A stretch of 64,000 nucleotides of DNA from Maricaulaceae bacterium (GTDB lineage Bacteria > Pseudomonadota > Alphaproteobacteria > Caulobacterales > Maricaulaceae), in contig JBDXGZ010000018.1 of NCBI GenBank assembly GCA_039989855.1, positions 35,415-99,414 of the forward strand, given 5' to 3'. Position numbers and translations under genes: made by a program. Each line of letters opens with the position of its first letter. The stretch's first letter is position 1. Below the pieces are notes generated by a model, which saw nothing but the letters and a program-made list of their open reading frames with translations, searched no databases and had not been told where the DNA came from. This document shows positions 47,400 through 56,966 of this stretch, piece after piece.

Positions 47400-48020
47400 C
47401 TATTTTGCTGTGTCTTCGGTCTTCACGCTTCCGTTCTTCATAATAAACGGTAATTGCGACATGGTGAACAAAATCGTCAGCGGCAGGAATCCGAAGACCT
47501 TAAACTTGACCCAAAAATCCTCACCATATGTTCGCCAGACAAATTCATTTATTCCCGCCAGAATAAAAAAGAATATCCCCCACCGTATGGCGAGCACATT
47601 CCACGCCTTGAGCGGCATCTCAATCGCAGAGCCCATAATCATTTGAATGACGTTTTTCTTAACCAAAACGCCGCCAATCACAGCCACGCCGAAGAGGGAA
47701 TTAATCACCGTCGGCTTCATATAGATAAACCGCTCGTCTTTAAAAAAATAAGCCAGCGCCGCCGAGCCCGAAACAAGCACCGTCGTAAACACAAGCATCA
47801 TCGGCAAGCTGCCATATTTAATTCGCGAATAAATCAAGGTCAAAACCGACAGTCCCGCTAACACCGCCGCCGCAATATAAAGCGCATTATCTGGCTGTGA
47901 TTTTTTCAAAACTTGATAAAGAATAAAAAAGACTAATAGCGGCCCAAATTCCAACATTTGAGACGGCTTTTGTTTCTTCGCGGCAGGCGTTTGAGGCGGC
48001 GTTTGAGATGTATCAGTCAT
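47400..48020 (-). CDS. yciB: Intracellular septation protein A (YciB/IspZ family)
   Basis: Five TM helices with an EFGPLLVFFILYQ start of the conserved core. Pro/Lys-rich N-terminal extension. Confidence 0.7.
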   Translation of the reverse strand: MTDTSQTPPQTPAAKKQKPSQMLEFGPLLVFFILYQVLKKSQPDNALYIAAAVLAGLSVLTLIYSRIKYGSLPMMLVFTTVLVSGSAALAYFFKDERFIYMKPTVINSLFGVAVIGGVLVKKNVIQMIMGSAIEMPLKAWNVLAIRWGIFFFILAGINEFVWRTYGEDFWVKFKVFGFLPLTILFTMSQLPFIMKNGSVKTEDTAK

Positions 48021-48102
48021 GAGCGGGATGTGCCCGATTTGAAGGGTGGGGGCAACAGTTTAGCAAATTATAACCTATTATATTTATGATTAAAGTCATG
48101 GG

Positions 48103-49767
48103 TCATTCAAACATGTCGAGTTGACCGTCGCGAAATTTTTCAAGAAACTTTTCATTAACTTTTCTACTTCGAAAAATATTATATTGAGATTTATCGCTTA
48201 CTGTTTCGACAACATCGGAAACATATGTGACTGCTTTATCTATATATTCTGATACCCTATCATTAGGAGGGAAGGTGTTTTTCTCTTTTCTACATATTAA
48301 CGCGACAGCAGAAAGAATAAACCAGTATCCGTAATTCAAAACATAATATTTGCTGGGAAGCCTATTCCCGATAAAATTGTGACCTTGTTTTTGAAATTCA
48401 GCACGCGTTTTCATTATTTCTTGATAACAAAAATTCAAATTTGAGATATAGCTCCCATCTAAATCTGCATTGAAAATTTCACTGTAAAAATCGCCAAATA
48501 TATGATCAGATTCGGTTTTACATTTATGTGGCTTATTTAATTTATATGCCATAATCATTTGACCCAACTTCATAGCATCAATGGAGGTTTCGAGCTTAGG
48601 GGTTTCTAAATTTAAATCATCACCCCTCCTTCTCAAGTAAGTTATACCCTCTTCTTTAAGAACCTTCTCAATTAAATGTTGAATTTTATCATTAGCTCTT
48701 AAATCTCTAGCGTATATCGAAGCTTGACTATTAGTCGCAATTGTTACTTGCTGAGCGATTTCTTTATTGTCAGTCTCATAAATCTTCACAAGCAGAACTA
48801 TTTGAGATGCAATTTCAGGCTCATCCTCATATGCTCGCCATATTGAAAAAGAAGTTTGCGCCCCATTCACTATACGAAAATTTTCAAGCTTTAGAGACGC
48901 CCCACTTATTTGCTTTTGATATGTGGCTTTATCACATACAATTGTGATACCATTATTAAGATACCAAAATAAGTGATTATCCACCCTTAAGGCGCTCGAT
49001 AGAATATCCTTGTTGTATCCTGAATTTTTACCAAGATATGATCTAATATTCTCATCAAAAAGGTAGCGTTTAATGGCGCCAGACTTATTAGATATTGCAT
49101 CAACAAAGGAAGTAACATCAATATTTGCGACTATCCCCTTAATATCGCCATCCGTTCTTTCATATATTTGTTTATCTATAATTTTAAGCTCACATGACTC
49201 TCTTTTTTCAGCTTCATAAAATATATGGTTATAAATATCTTCGAAAGTTAGTTCATGAAAGTATGATTGGTCATCAGATAAAACCGTTGTCGCTTTCTGC
49301 AAAGCTTGTGGCGACAACCCTTTTTGATTCGAGCATACATAAAAGTTAAACTCGCAGATATTACCTGCTTCAAATAACTCAAAAACTGCTTGTACCTGTT
49401 GATCGAAAACTCGGTTGCCTGTTGATGTTAAACCAACATCCTTATCTCTCAATCTTTTCAAAAAGGTATGGAGTTTATGAATTGCATTCTCTTTAATATG
49501 AGACGAACAATTTTTTTGTAAATTCGTATACTTAGTTTGAATAATGTGAATTTTGTAGCGTGTGTCACCAGGCTCTATAATTAACGCGTCAACACCCTGA
49601 TCAGATGAGCCTTCGGTGATAATTTCATCAAATCTATCTGTAATACTCGGAACAACCAAATTTATCACATAACGTAAGAAAGCTTGGTTGGTATCGATAC
49701 TATGTGTTGTAGCGATTTTTTCTATTTTCGATTTAACTACTGAAAAATTTAACTTATTTACCGCCAC
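48103..49767 (-). CDS. AIPR-family abortive-infection (phage resistance) protein
   Basis: N-terminal nuclease-like GSSDQGVDALIIE...IIQTKY and central IVNGAQTSFSI, as in AIPR proteins. GTG start with an AAGGGAGAT RBS. Strongly AT-rich. Confidence 0.7.
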   Translation of the reverse strand: MAVNKLNFSVVKSKIEKIATTHSIDTNQAFLRYVINLVVPSITDRFDEIITEGSSDQGVDALIIEPGDTRYKIHIIQTKYTNLQKNCSSHIKENAIHKLHTFLKRLRDKDVGLTSTGNRVFDQQVQAVFELFEAGNICEFNFYVCSNQKGLSPQALQKATTVLSDDQSYFHELTFEDIYNHIFYEAEKRESCELKIIDKQIYERTDGDIKGIVANIDVTSFVDAISNKSGAIKRYLFDENIRSYLGKNSGYNKDILSSALRVDNHLFWYLNNGITIVCDKATYQKQISGASLKLENFRIVNGAQTSFSIWRAYEDEPEIASQIVLLVKIYETDNKEIAQQVTIATNSQASIYARDLRANDKIQHLIEKVLKEEGITYLRRRGDDLNLETPKLETSIDAMKLGQMIMAYKLNKPHKCKTESDHIFGDFYSEIFNADLDGSYISNLNFCYQEIMKTRAEFQKQGHNFIGNRLPSKYYVLNYGYWFILSAVALICRKEKNTFPPNDRVSEYIDKAVTYVSDVVETVSDKSQYNIFRSRKVNEKFLEKFRDGQLDMFE

Positions 49768-49823
49768 TATATCTCCCTTAAAATAGATAAGTCGATTGTT
49801 AGCTAATAAATTAAAATATACAA

Positions 49824-50621
49824 CTAGTTCATCTTGTTATGCGCCGCGTCTGCGAGTGATTTAATCAAGCCGAGCGTTTTATCAAGCCCGTCTTCGTGCA
49901 AGCTCTTCACAATCGCAGTGCCGACGACGACGCCGTCGGCGTCTTGGGCGACGGCCCGTGCGCGCTCTGGAGTTTTGACACCGAAGCCAACGACCACAGG
50001 GAGGTTCGCCGCCGCGCGGATAGTTTTAACTTGTTCTTTCACAGAGGCCGCTTGGGTGAAACTCGCGCCTGTGATGCCTGTCATGGAGACATAATAGACG
50101 AAGCCCTTTGTGCCGTTCACCACTTTCGGGAGGCGCTGCGCGTCCGTGGTCGGCGTTGCCAAGCGTATCAGTGCGAGGTCATGTTCGTCAAAAGCCGCAC
50201 GTAGCTCGCTATCTTCTTCAGGGGGTAGATCGACAATAATCGCCCCGTCGACGCCTGCCGCTTTCGCCGCAGCGGCAAACGCAGCGTAGCCCATATGGTG
50301 GATTGGGTTGCAATAGCCCATCACAATGATCGGTGTTGTGCTGTTAGTTTTGCGAAAGCTCCGCGCCATGTCGAGTATGCCGCCGAGGGTCATGCCGGCT
50401 TCGCGGGCGCGGATGCCTGCCTCTTCAATCACGGGGCCGTCGGCCATTGGATCGGTGAAGGGGACCCCCAACTCGATAATATCCACCCCTGCTTTCGGCA
50501 TGGCCTCAAGCAATTTTTGCGAGGTCGCAAGGTCAGGGTCGCCGCCCATCATATAGGCAACAAAGACCGCCTGCCCTTTGGCTTTACGATCTGCGAAAGT
50601 TTGGTCGATACGCTGTGTCAT
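49824..50621 (-). CDS. trpA: Tryptophan synthase alpha chain
   Basis: ELGVPFTDPMADGPVIE and GFGV motifs. Start taken at ATG 50621 (MTQRIDQTF). Confidence 0.9.
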   Translation of the reverse strand: MTQRIDQTFADRKAKGQAVFVAYMMGGDPDLATSQKLLEAMPKAGVDIIELGVPFTDPMADGPVIEEAGIRAREAGMTLGGILDMARSFRKTNSTTPIIVMGYCNPIHHMGYAAFAAAAKAAGVDGAIIVDLPPEEDSELRAAFDEHDLALIRLATPTTDAQRLPKVVNGTKGFVYYVSMTGITGASFTQAASVKEQVKTIRAAANLPVVVGFGVKTPERARAVAQDADGVVVGTAIVKSLHEDGLDKTLGLIKSLADAAHNKMN

Positions 50622-50678
50622 AGGCGCGCTGTTTAAGGGGTTTAGGCCAAAAAGCAAAGCCCAATATTTACTGCAAGA

Positions 50679-51209
50679 TCAACCGCTATCTGCAAGCGCT
50701 CTCACCGTATCATAATGGTGGTCGCAACGTCCTTCGCCTTCAAACTCCGTGACGAAAACAATTTGACGGTAATCATTACGGGTCATGTCAGAACGGCGCG
50801 GTTCGTTCATGCTACGGTCTTTCCACACCATCATCGATAATTTCGAACCGCATCCAAGCGCATCCTGACGGACAAATTTTTTCTTATTCGCTTCTTGTTC
50901 AGATACATCAACCGTCCAACCTGCTTTAAGCAAATCATCAACATACAGGTCTGCGACACTGTCATGCTTAGAGATCGGGTGATAAGGCAGAAGCTTTTCG
51001 CAGGCGATGAGCAAAAACCCGCCGTCCATTTTAAGGCCCTTTTGCGGCTTGGCACAGCCGTCAATTGGCGCGGTTTCAATTTGCCGCGGTAGGTCAAGCA
51101 CGCCCGATAAAACAATATTATCCGCTGATTGCGCCGTCGCTATGATAGGCCCACTTAAAATACAAAGACTCAAAATTCTTATTATGCTGCGCAAATCTCT
51201 CTCCCTCAT
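50679..51209 (-). CDS. Hypothetical secreted protein with four Cys
   Basis: Signal peptide ILSLCILSGPIIATAQS. No family recognised. 57 nt upstream of trpA on the same strand. Confidence 0.55.
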   Translation of the reverse strand: MRERDLRSIIRILSLCILSGPIIATAQSADNIVLSGVLDLPRQIETAPIDGCAKPQKGLKMDGGFLLIACEKLLPYHPISKHDSVADLYVDDLLKAGWTVDVSEQEANKKKFVRQDALGCGSKLSMMVWKDRSMNEPRRSDMTRNDYRQIVFVTEFEGEGRCDHHYDTVRALADSG

Positions 51210-51316
51210 TCCTTGAGCAACGCTAACCCAAATATTGATAGAGCGTTAATGAAACCGCTCAAATAAGTTAATGCGGGGTTAAGCGCAGAGGTCTCTAAAA
51301 CCTATTTTTTCGCTAC

Positions 51317-51353
51317 AAACATGTATTGCACTTTAACCTTGCATAACATGTTT
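51317..51353. promoter_or_regulatory. Imperfect 14-bp-arm palindrome AAACATGTATTGCA-N9-TGCATAACATGTTT (candidate PadR operator)
   Basis: 12 of 14 arm positions are complementary, with ATGT/ACAT cores like known PadR operators. Ends 19 nt before padR ATG 51372. Confidence 0.5.
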
Positions 51354-51371
51354 ACTGTGCTATAAGGGCCT

Positions 51372-51710
51372 ATGAATATTGATAATTGGAAAACACAAAT
51401 GCGAAAGGGTGCGGCTGAATTGACGGTCTTATCCGTTCTAAACCGGCAAAGCCTGTCAGGCATAGGCTTGCTGAGTTACCTTAAGCCTTTTCCAGATATT
51501 GGCCTCTCAGAGGGCACGCTTTACCCCCTGCTTAAACGGCTAGAGCGCGACGGTCGCCTTATCGGGGAATGGCAATTGCCCGAAAATGGAGGGCGGCCGA
51601 CAAAAACTTATACGCTCTCCCCCGATGGGGACGCAGCCCTAAAATCTATGTTGACGGTTTGGGCGAGCTTTCGCGACACGCTATCAGACATCACAGGAGA
51701 GACTATATGA
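51372..51710 (+). CDS. PadR-family transcriptional regulator
   Basis: 112 aa winged helix. LTVLSVLNRQSLSGIGLL and EGTLYPLLKRLERDGRL signature. Confidence 0.85.
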   Translation: MNIDNWKTQMRKGAAELTVLSVLNRQSLSGIGLLSYLKPFPDIGLSEGTLYPLLKRLERDGRLIGEWQLPENGGRPTKTYTLSPDGDAALKSMLTVWASFRDTLSDITGETI

Positions 51711-52285
51711 CCGACGCTAAAAAAGTTGAGACCTATACACATGCGCTGTCAAAAGCGCTGCGTGGCCTATCAAATGATGAGCTCTCAGATATTGTCGCTG
51801 AAATCCGCTCACACCTCGAACACCGCGCAGCAGAGGGCCAGCTTGACGCGGCGATCAAAGGGCTTGGAACCCCTGCCATCTGCGCCCGCGCCTTTCGAGA
51901 TGAATTGACGCTACAAGACGCCTTTAATGCGGGCAGCCCTGGGCGCACATTTAGCGCCCTTATAACCTTAGCCACACGGCGCTTTATTGCCGCGATGGGC
52001 TTATTCTTTGCCAGCCTGTTTCTCATGACATCCATAGGCCTCGCCTTTAGCGCGGTCGCTAAAATTTTTGCCCCCAACGCCGTCGGGTTTTGGGTCGATA
52101 AAGGGACGAAGGACTTTATGTTTGGGGTTTTACCAACAGCACCAAAAGCAGGCTACGCCGAAGTCCTCGGCCTATGGTATGTGCCTATGGCAGGCATCGT
52201 CGCTATTGGACTTTTCCTTTTTGGCCACCAGATAGGTCAGCTGTTTTTGAAATTAATGATGAGCCGCCATCGTCCGCTGGGTTAG
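51707..52285 (+). CDS. Membrane protein partner of PadR (DUF1700/HAAS-like helical N-domain plus TM segments)
   Basis: ATGA overlap with the padR stop. N-terminal YTHALSKALRGLSNDELSDIVAEIRSHLEHR followed by 3-4 hydrophobic helices. The ORF extension to 51569 was rejected. Confidence 0.5.
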   Translation: MTDAKKVETYTHALSKALRGLSNDELSDIVAEIRSHLEHRAAEGQLDAAIKGLGTPAICARAFRDELTLQDAFNAGSPGRTFSALITLATRRFIAAMGLFFASLFLMTSIGLAFSAVAKIFAPNAVGFWVDKGTKDFMFGVLPTAPKAGYAEVLGLWYVPMAGIVAIGLFLFGHQIGQLFLKLMMSRHRPLG

Positions 52286-52303
52286 TGTGGGAAACACTTA
52301 AAT

Positions 52304-53563
52304 TTAATAAGCCTTCGTGTTCACCCCGTCTGTGCCTTCGGAAATTTCTTCGCCGAGGGCCTCGGCAATGGTGAAGACGTCTTTATCACCGCGGCCGCAC
52401 ATATTCATGATGATGAGCCCGTCTTTGCCCAGTTCTTTGGCGAGGTCTAGCGTGCGCGGGAGGGCGTGGCTTGGCTCTAGCGCAGGGAGGATGCCTTCGA
52501 GTTTGGCGCAAAGTTGGAAATGCTCGAGCGCTTCGGTGTCTGTCGCGGAGACATATTCCGCGCGGCCCATATCATGCAGATACGCATGTTCAGGGCCAAT
52601 GCCGGGATAGTCTAGCCCTGCGCTAATCGAATGGGCGTCGGCGATTTGGCCGTGCTCATCTTGCAGCAAATAAGTTCGGTTCCCATGCAGCACGCCCGGT
52701 GTGCCGCCTGTCAGTGACGCCGCATGCAATCCTGTTTCAACGCCGCGTCCTGCAGCTTCGACGCCGATCAAGCGCACAGATGTATCGGGGACAAATTCAT
52801 GGAACAGACCCATGGCGTTAGAGCCGCCGCCAATACAGGCGACCACCGCGTCGGGCAAGCGGCCTTCGCGGTCTAGGATTTGCGCCTTGGCTTCACGGCC
52901 AATGATCGCTTGAAAGTCGCGCACCATCGCAGGGTAAGGATGCGGCCCAGCGACCGTACCGATACAGTAAAAGGTCTCAGATACATTTGTTACCCAATCA
53001 CGCAGCGCTTCGTTCATAGCATCTTTCAGGGTCGCCGTGCCGCTATGGACGGCGCGGACTTCGGCCCCAAGTAAGCGCATGCGAAACACATTGGGTTTTT
53101 GGCGGACAATATCCGTCGCGCCCATATAGACGATGCACTCCATACCAAGACGCGCGGCGACTGTCGCCGTCGCGACCCCGTGCTGCCCTGCGCCCGTTTC
53201 GGCAATGATACGTTTCTTGCCCATACGCTTGGCGAGCAAAAGCTGGCCCATGCAATTATTGATCTTGTGCGCGCCCGTATGGTTCAGCTCGTCGCGCTTG
53301 AAATAAATCTTGGCGCTCTCGCCGTGGGTCTTTGCCACATGTTCCGTCAGGCGCTCGGCAAAATAAAGTGGACTTGGGCGGCCGACATAATGGTTGAAAA
53401 ACTCGTCGAGCTCTTCGAAAAATTTAGGGTCGGCCTTCGCCTCTTCATAGGCTTTCTCAAGCTCGAGGATCGGCGGCATCAAGGTCTCGGCTACGTAACG
53501 CCCGCCAAAATCACCGAAACGGCCATTTCCATCAGGAACCGTTTGATTATCCATTTTACCCAT
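52304..53563 (-). CDS. trpB: Tryptophan synthase beta chain
   Basis: [12 protein letters not shown]-lysine motif, GGGSNAMG, 419 aa. Confidence 0.95.
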   Translation of the reverse strand: MGKMDNQTVPDGNGRFGDFGGRYVAETLMPPILELEKAYEEAKADPKFFEELDEFFNHYVGRPSPLYFAERLTEHVAKTHGESAKIYFKRDELNHTGAHKINNCMGQLLLAKRMGKKRIIAETGAGQHGVATATVAARLGMECIVYMGATDIVRQKPNVFRMRLLGAEVRAVHSGTATLKDAMNEALRDWVTNVSETFYCIGTVAGPHPYPAMVRDFQAIIGREAKAQILDREGRLPDAVVACIGGGSNAMGLFHEFVPDTSVRLIGVEAAGRGVETGLHAASLTGGTPGVLHGNRTYLLQDEHGQIADAHSISAGLDYPGIGPEHAYLHDMGRAEYVSATDTEALEHFQLCAKLEGILPALEPSHALPRTLDLAKELGKDGLIIMNMCGRGDKDVFTIAEALGEEISEGTDGVNTKAY

Positions 53564-53689
53564 AATGCACTCTTATTCTTCGGTAGAAAAACTAAGCTCG
53601 CCCTTTACGTTATTGAGCGAAAAGGTGCAATGAAAGATAGAGATGTTGTTGAGTGGAAATTCTAAAACCTTAAAGGGCTGACACATAGC

Positions 53690-54322
53690 TTATAGAGCGT
53701 CGAAGAAAGCTTTGATCTTCGCAGGATCTTTAACACCTGCGGACAGTTCCACGCCCGAGCTGATGTCAAGAATGGACGCGCCTGTTCGCTTTGCGGACAG
53801 AGCGGCGTTATCTGGATTAAGCCCGCCTGCGAGCATAAAGCCTTTCGGTGTTGGTGCGCGCTTTATAATGTCCCAATCAATCGTCACCCCGTGCCCGCCG
53901 CGCACTTTAGACCCCTTTGGCGGTTTTGCGTCATACAAAATGAGATCCGCAACCCCGCTATAGCTTTCGGCGCGAACCATATCACCGTCAGCAGATACCG
54001 CGATGGCCTTAATGGTTTTGACATTATGGACACGGCCAATCTCGGCCACACGTTCAGGGTTTTCATCCCCGTGGCACTGAATATAGTCAGGGGCCATCTC
54101 TGCCATAATAGAGCGCAACAGATCGTCACTCGCATTTACCGTAACGGCGACACGCGGGGTAATGCCTGCTGCAGGGCGGGTAAGCCGCGCCGCTTCGCTA
54201 ACGCTCAACCGACGCGGGCTAGCCGCTTCGACGATGAAGCCAAGATAGCTTGCACCTGCGGCAATAGACGCTTCAATGTCCTCTGGTCGCATCAAACCGC
54301 ATATTTTTACAGAAATCGTCAT
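53690..54322 (-). CDS. trpF: Phosphoribosylanthranilate isomerase
   Basis: MTISVKICGL start at ATG 54322 and ~210 aa TIM-barrel length. Upstream of trpB. The ORF extension to 54454 was rejected. Confidence 0.85.
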   Translation of the reverse strand: MTISVKICGLMRPEDIEASIAAGASYLGFIVEAASPRRLSVSEAARLTRPAAGITPRVAVTVNASDDLLRSIMAEMAPDYIQCHGDENPERVAEIGRVHNVKTIKAIAVSADGDMVRAESYSGVADLILYDAKPPKGSKVRGGHGVTIDWDIIKRAPTPKGFMLAGGLNPDNAALSAKRTGASILDISSGVELSAGVKDPAKIKAFFDAL

Positions 54323-54598
54323 GGCCTCGCCCGTAGCTGAGCTTCGGTTAAATATCAACTGTGATAGGGTGAATAAGACTTCTAGTAGACAAAACGCACA
54401 GATTTGTGCTATAATGGGACGAAATACGGGGCAAATACTCAATAAATTACGCAATTTCGCTCAAGGCGAGGTGAAATGCTATGAAATAAGCTCGCCTGAG
54501 GCGTGATCACCTATGAATCCATATGGCACGAAATTTGCTCTCCTCTAACACGAGAACATATGGGCAAACGGCCCCCAAAAGAAAGATTAGGACAAGAT

Positions 54599-55003
54599 AT
54601 GACAAATGAAGTTGATCATCATGTAGGCCACCGCTTACGCCGTAGACGTCGTCTTATGGGATTCACCCAACAATCACTCGCTGAATCGGTTGGTGTTCGT
54701 TTTCAACAAATCCAAAAATATGAATGTGGGGCGAACCGCATCAGTGCAGCCAGATTATTTGAGTTAGCCGAAGCTCTCAATGTTCCCGTGCAATATTTCT
54801 ATGACGGACTGTCAGAGCGCGATCATGTGGACGCCGAAGAACTGCCTGAGTTTATGGCTCCTGACATTATGTCAAAGAAGGAAACAATGGATTTGGTGCG
54901 GGCTTATTATTCGATAGGCGAGGGCCCTCGGAAACATTTGCTCGATCTTGCGAAATCATTAGAGTTGCGGGAAAAGCCAAGACTCGGTCTGGTTACGTCA
55001 TAA
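54599..55003 (+). CDS. XRE-family HTH transcriptional regulator
   Basis: HVGHRLRRRRRLMGFTQQSLAESVGVRFQQIQKYECGANRISAARLFELAEAL HTH_3-type domain. Start could also be ATG 54560. Confidence 0.75.
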   Translation: MTNEVDHHVGHRLRRRRRLMGFTQQSLAESVGVRFQQIQKYECGANRISAARLFELAEALNVPVQYFYDGLSERDHVDAEELPEFMAPDIMSKKETMDLVRAYYSIGEGPRKHLLDLAKSLELREKPRLGLVTS

Positions 55004-55059
55004 AAAATAGTTCATGCCGAGAGTAGCCGTCTAGTTATCGCTCGTGTAAGGCATACGCT

Positions 55060-55908
55060 ATGACCGAGTATAATTCTGCAACTTCAGAGCTAACCAAACG
55101 ACTTCAGCTTTTTCCCCGCCTGCGCACCGCCGCACGGGGGATAAGCCTACCTTTGTTTACAAGCCCGCAAGGCATAAGAAACAATACAGAAAACAAATCA
55201 ACTCAAGATTATGATCCTGTCACCTCCGCCGATATTGAAGCCGAGTTAAAACTTCGCGAGATCATCCAAGACGTTTTTCCTGATGACCATATTACGGGGG
55301 AAGAGCATCAAGACATTATTGGATCAAATAACTTCACATGGACTCTTGACCCTATTGACGGCACACGCGCCTTTGTTGCAGGTGTTCCTGTCTGGAGCAC
55401 CCTCATCGCCCTCTCTGAAAATGACCACCCCTCCCTTGGTATGATCGACTTACCTGCCTTGGACCGAACCTATATGGGCGCGCCAAATGAGCGGGGAGAA
55501 AAAATAGCATGGGTTGAAGAAGCAGAACATAAGCGCCCGTTAAAGTCCGCCCCCTGCTCGGCGCTAAAACACGCCATAATTGGCTGCACCGAACCTCTCG
55601 CCATGTTTAACGCTGGAGAATTAGCTGCCTATAATATTATTCGACACGGGACAAAGTTTTCAAGGCTTGGGCTTGATGCCTTAGGGTATGGGTTACTATC
55701 TGAGGGCCGGATGAACATCATCATAGAGTCGAGCTTAAAACCCTGCGACGTAAGAGCCCTCATACCTGTTATCGAAGGGGCTGGCGGATATATCACGAAT
55801 TGGCACGGTGGTTCCTGCGTGAACGGAGGCCAAGTTGTTGCCGTATCCGACAAAGCCTTATTAGAAGAGCTATATATTTATCTCGGGCGAGCCATGAGTC
55901 CATCATAA
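55060..55908 (+). CDS. Inositol-monophosphatase-family phosphatase, HisN-like (possible histidinol-phosphatase)
   Basis: DPVTSADIEAE, GEEH and WTLDPIDGTRAFVAGVPVWSTLIAL motifs of the IMPase fold. The last resembles HisN-type enzymes. Confidence 0.55.
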   Translation: MTEYNSATSELTKRLQLFPRLRTAARGISLPLFTSPQGIRNNTENKSTQDYDPVTSADIEAELKLREIIQDVFPDDHITGEEHQDIIGSNNFTWTLDPIDGTRAFVAGVPVWSTLIALSENDHPSLGMIDLPALDRTYMGAPNERGEKIAWVEEAEHKRPLKSAPCSALKHAIIGCTEPLAMFNAGELAAYNIIRHGTKFSRLGLDALGYGLLSEGRMNIIIESSLKPCDVRALIPVIEGAGGYITNWHGGSCVNGGQVVAVSDKALLEELYIYLGRAMSPS

Positions 55909-55937
55909 CATAAGGATGAGAACTCACACGCCTTTTA

Positions 55938-56906
55938 CTAAAATGCGTTCTTATCCAAAAATATGTCAACAGATTCAAAAAACTGATCGCGAAACTCATC
56001 GGCTTCAAGAAAAAGTTCATGACGCGCACCAGGAATAATTTTTAAGGTTGCCCCAGATTTTTTTGCAAACTGAACATGTGCCGCAGGGTCTACAATCGGG
56101 TCCGCGCCAGCAGATAAAAGCAATGTCGGGGTCTTAACTTGCGCCGCATTTCGGTTAACAAACCGCATGGCTGTTAAGGCTCCTCTGAGCCAGCCTATGG
56201 TCGGCACAGAAACTCGAAGCGCGGGAATATGGGTGAAATAAGACGCCCACCTTGTAAACCGTACAATATCCGAGGTTAGTTTATTTCGCTTAAACTTAAC
56301 AGGAAGCCCATTTGTCTTCTTCATCAATGGCACATTTTTTGTTGACTGACCCATCGCGGCCAAACCTTTAATAAACCATTGCAAGGGGGCGGTGTGAAGA
56401 TCATATAAGCAGAGCATGGGGGCTGAACAAATAAGGGCGGCAGGATTTAATGTTCCACTAATGACGGATTGAAAAGCAACGCATCCCCCCATTGAATGAG
56501 CCACAATGATTTGAGGCTTAGGAAGATGAGAGCCAAGCTCGTCGACAATAAACCCTAAATCATCCGCATAATCTTGAAATTGCTTAACGTAAGATTTCAA
56601 TGGATCATCAAGTAGACGGCTCGATAAGCCTTGACCTCTATGATCAATTACAAGCACTGCAAATCGACGGTTTAAAAAATCGTCGACCATTTCGAAATAT
56701 TTTTCAATAAATTCTGTACGTCCCGGCACGATAATAATCGTACCGCGCGCGGCAAAATCAGGGTTTTTCGCCAGAACCACTCTTAAATTAATATCTTCAT
56801 GGGGGATATAAAAAGCATGAAGATAGGGCGCAAGGTCAACCGGAACAGGCGCGCCGGGAGGGGCCATTATATCGGCCGAAGCATATGCAGATAAGGGCTT
56901 AACCAT
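55938..56906 (-). CDS. Alpha/beta hydrolase, lysophospholipase (PldB)-like
   Basis: GRTEFIEKYFE, IDHRGQGLS and the nucleophile elbow AHSMGG. Confidence 0.7.
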   Translation of the reverse strand: MVKPLSAYASADIMAPPGAPVPVDLAPYLHAFYIPHEDINLRVVLAKNPDFAARGTIIIVPGRTEFIEKYFEMVDDFLNRRFAVLVIDHRGQGLSSRLLDDPLKSYVKQFQDYADDLGFIVDELGSHLPKPQIIVAHSMGGCVAFQSVISGTLNPAALICSAPMLCLYDLHTAPLQWFIKGLAAMGQSTKNVPLMKKTNGLPVKFKRNKLTSDIVRFTRWASYFTHIPALRVSVPTIGWLRGALTAMRFVNRNAAQVKTPTLLLSAGADPIVDPAAHVQFAKKSGATLKIIPGARHELFLEADEFRDQFFESVDIFLDKNAF

Positions 56907-56966
56907 CAGGCTTTAAAGCAGACAATAAAAAAGGGGGCCATGCCCCCTGTTTCACAATCGTTTAAA

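Noticed and set aside
48021-49823. Possible short direct repeats (GTTTAGCAAATTA / GTTAGCTAATAAATTA) flanking the AIPR gene
   Set aside because: The match is gapped and lies in AT-rich sequence where such similarity is expected by chance. It is not good enough to define insertion borders.
53099-54340. 188-aa and 149-aa plus-strand ORFs antisense to trpB and trpF
   Set aside because: Shadow frames of highly conserved genes, with no RBS or family resemblance.
55060-55908. Using the IMPase-family gene as evidence that the lipid head group is inositol
   Set aside because: The motif WTLDPIDGTRAFVAGVPVWSTLIAL looks more like HisN-type histidinol-phosphatases. The gene is 15 kb from the operon, and no inositol-phosphate synthase is visible in the window.
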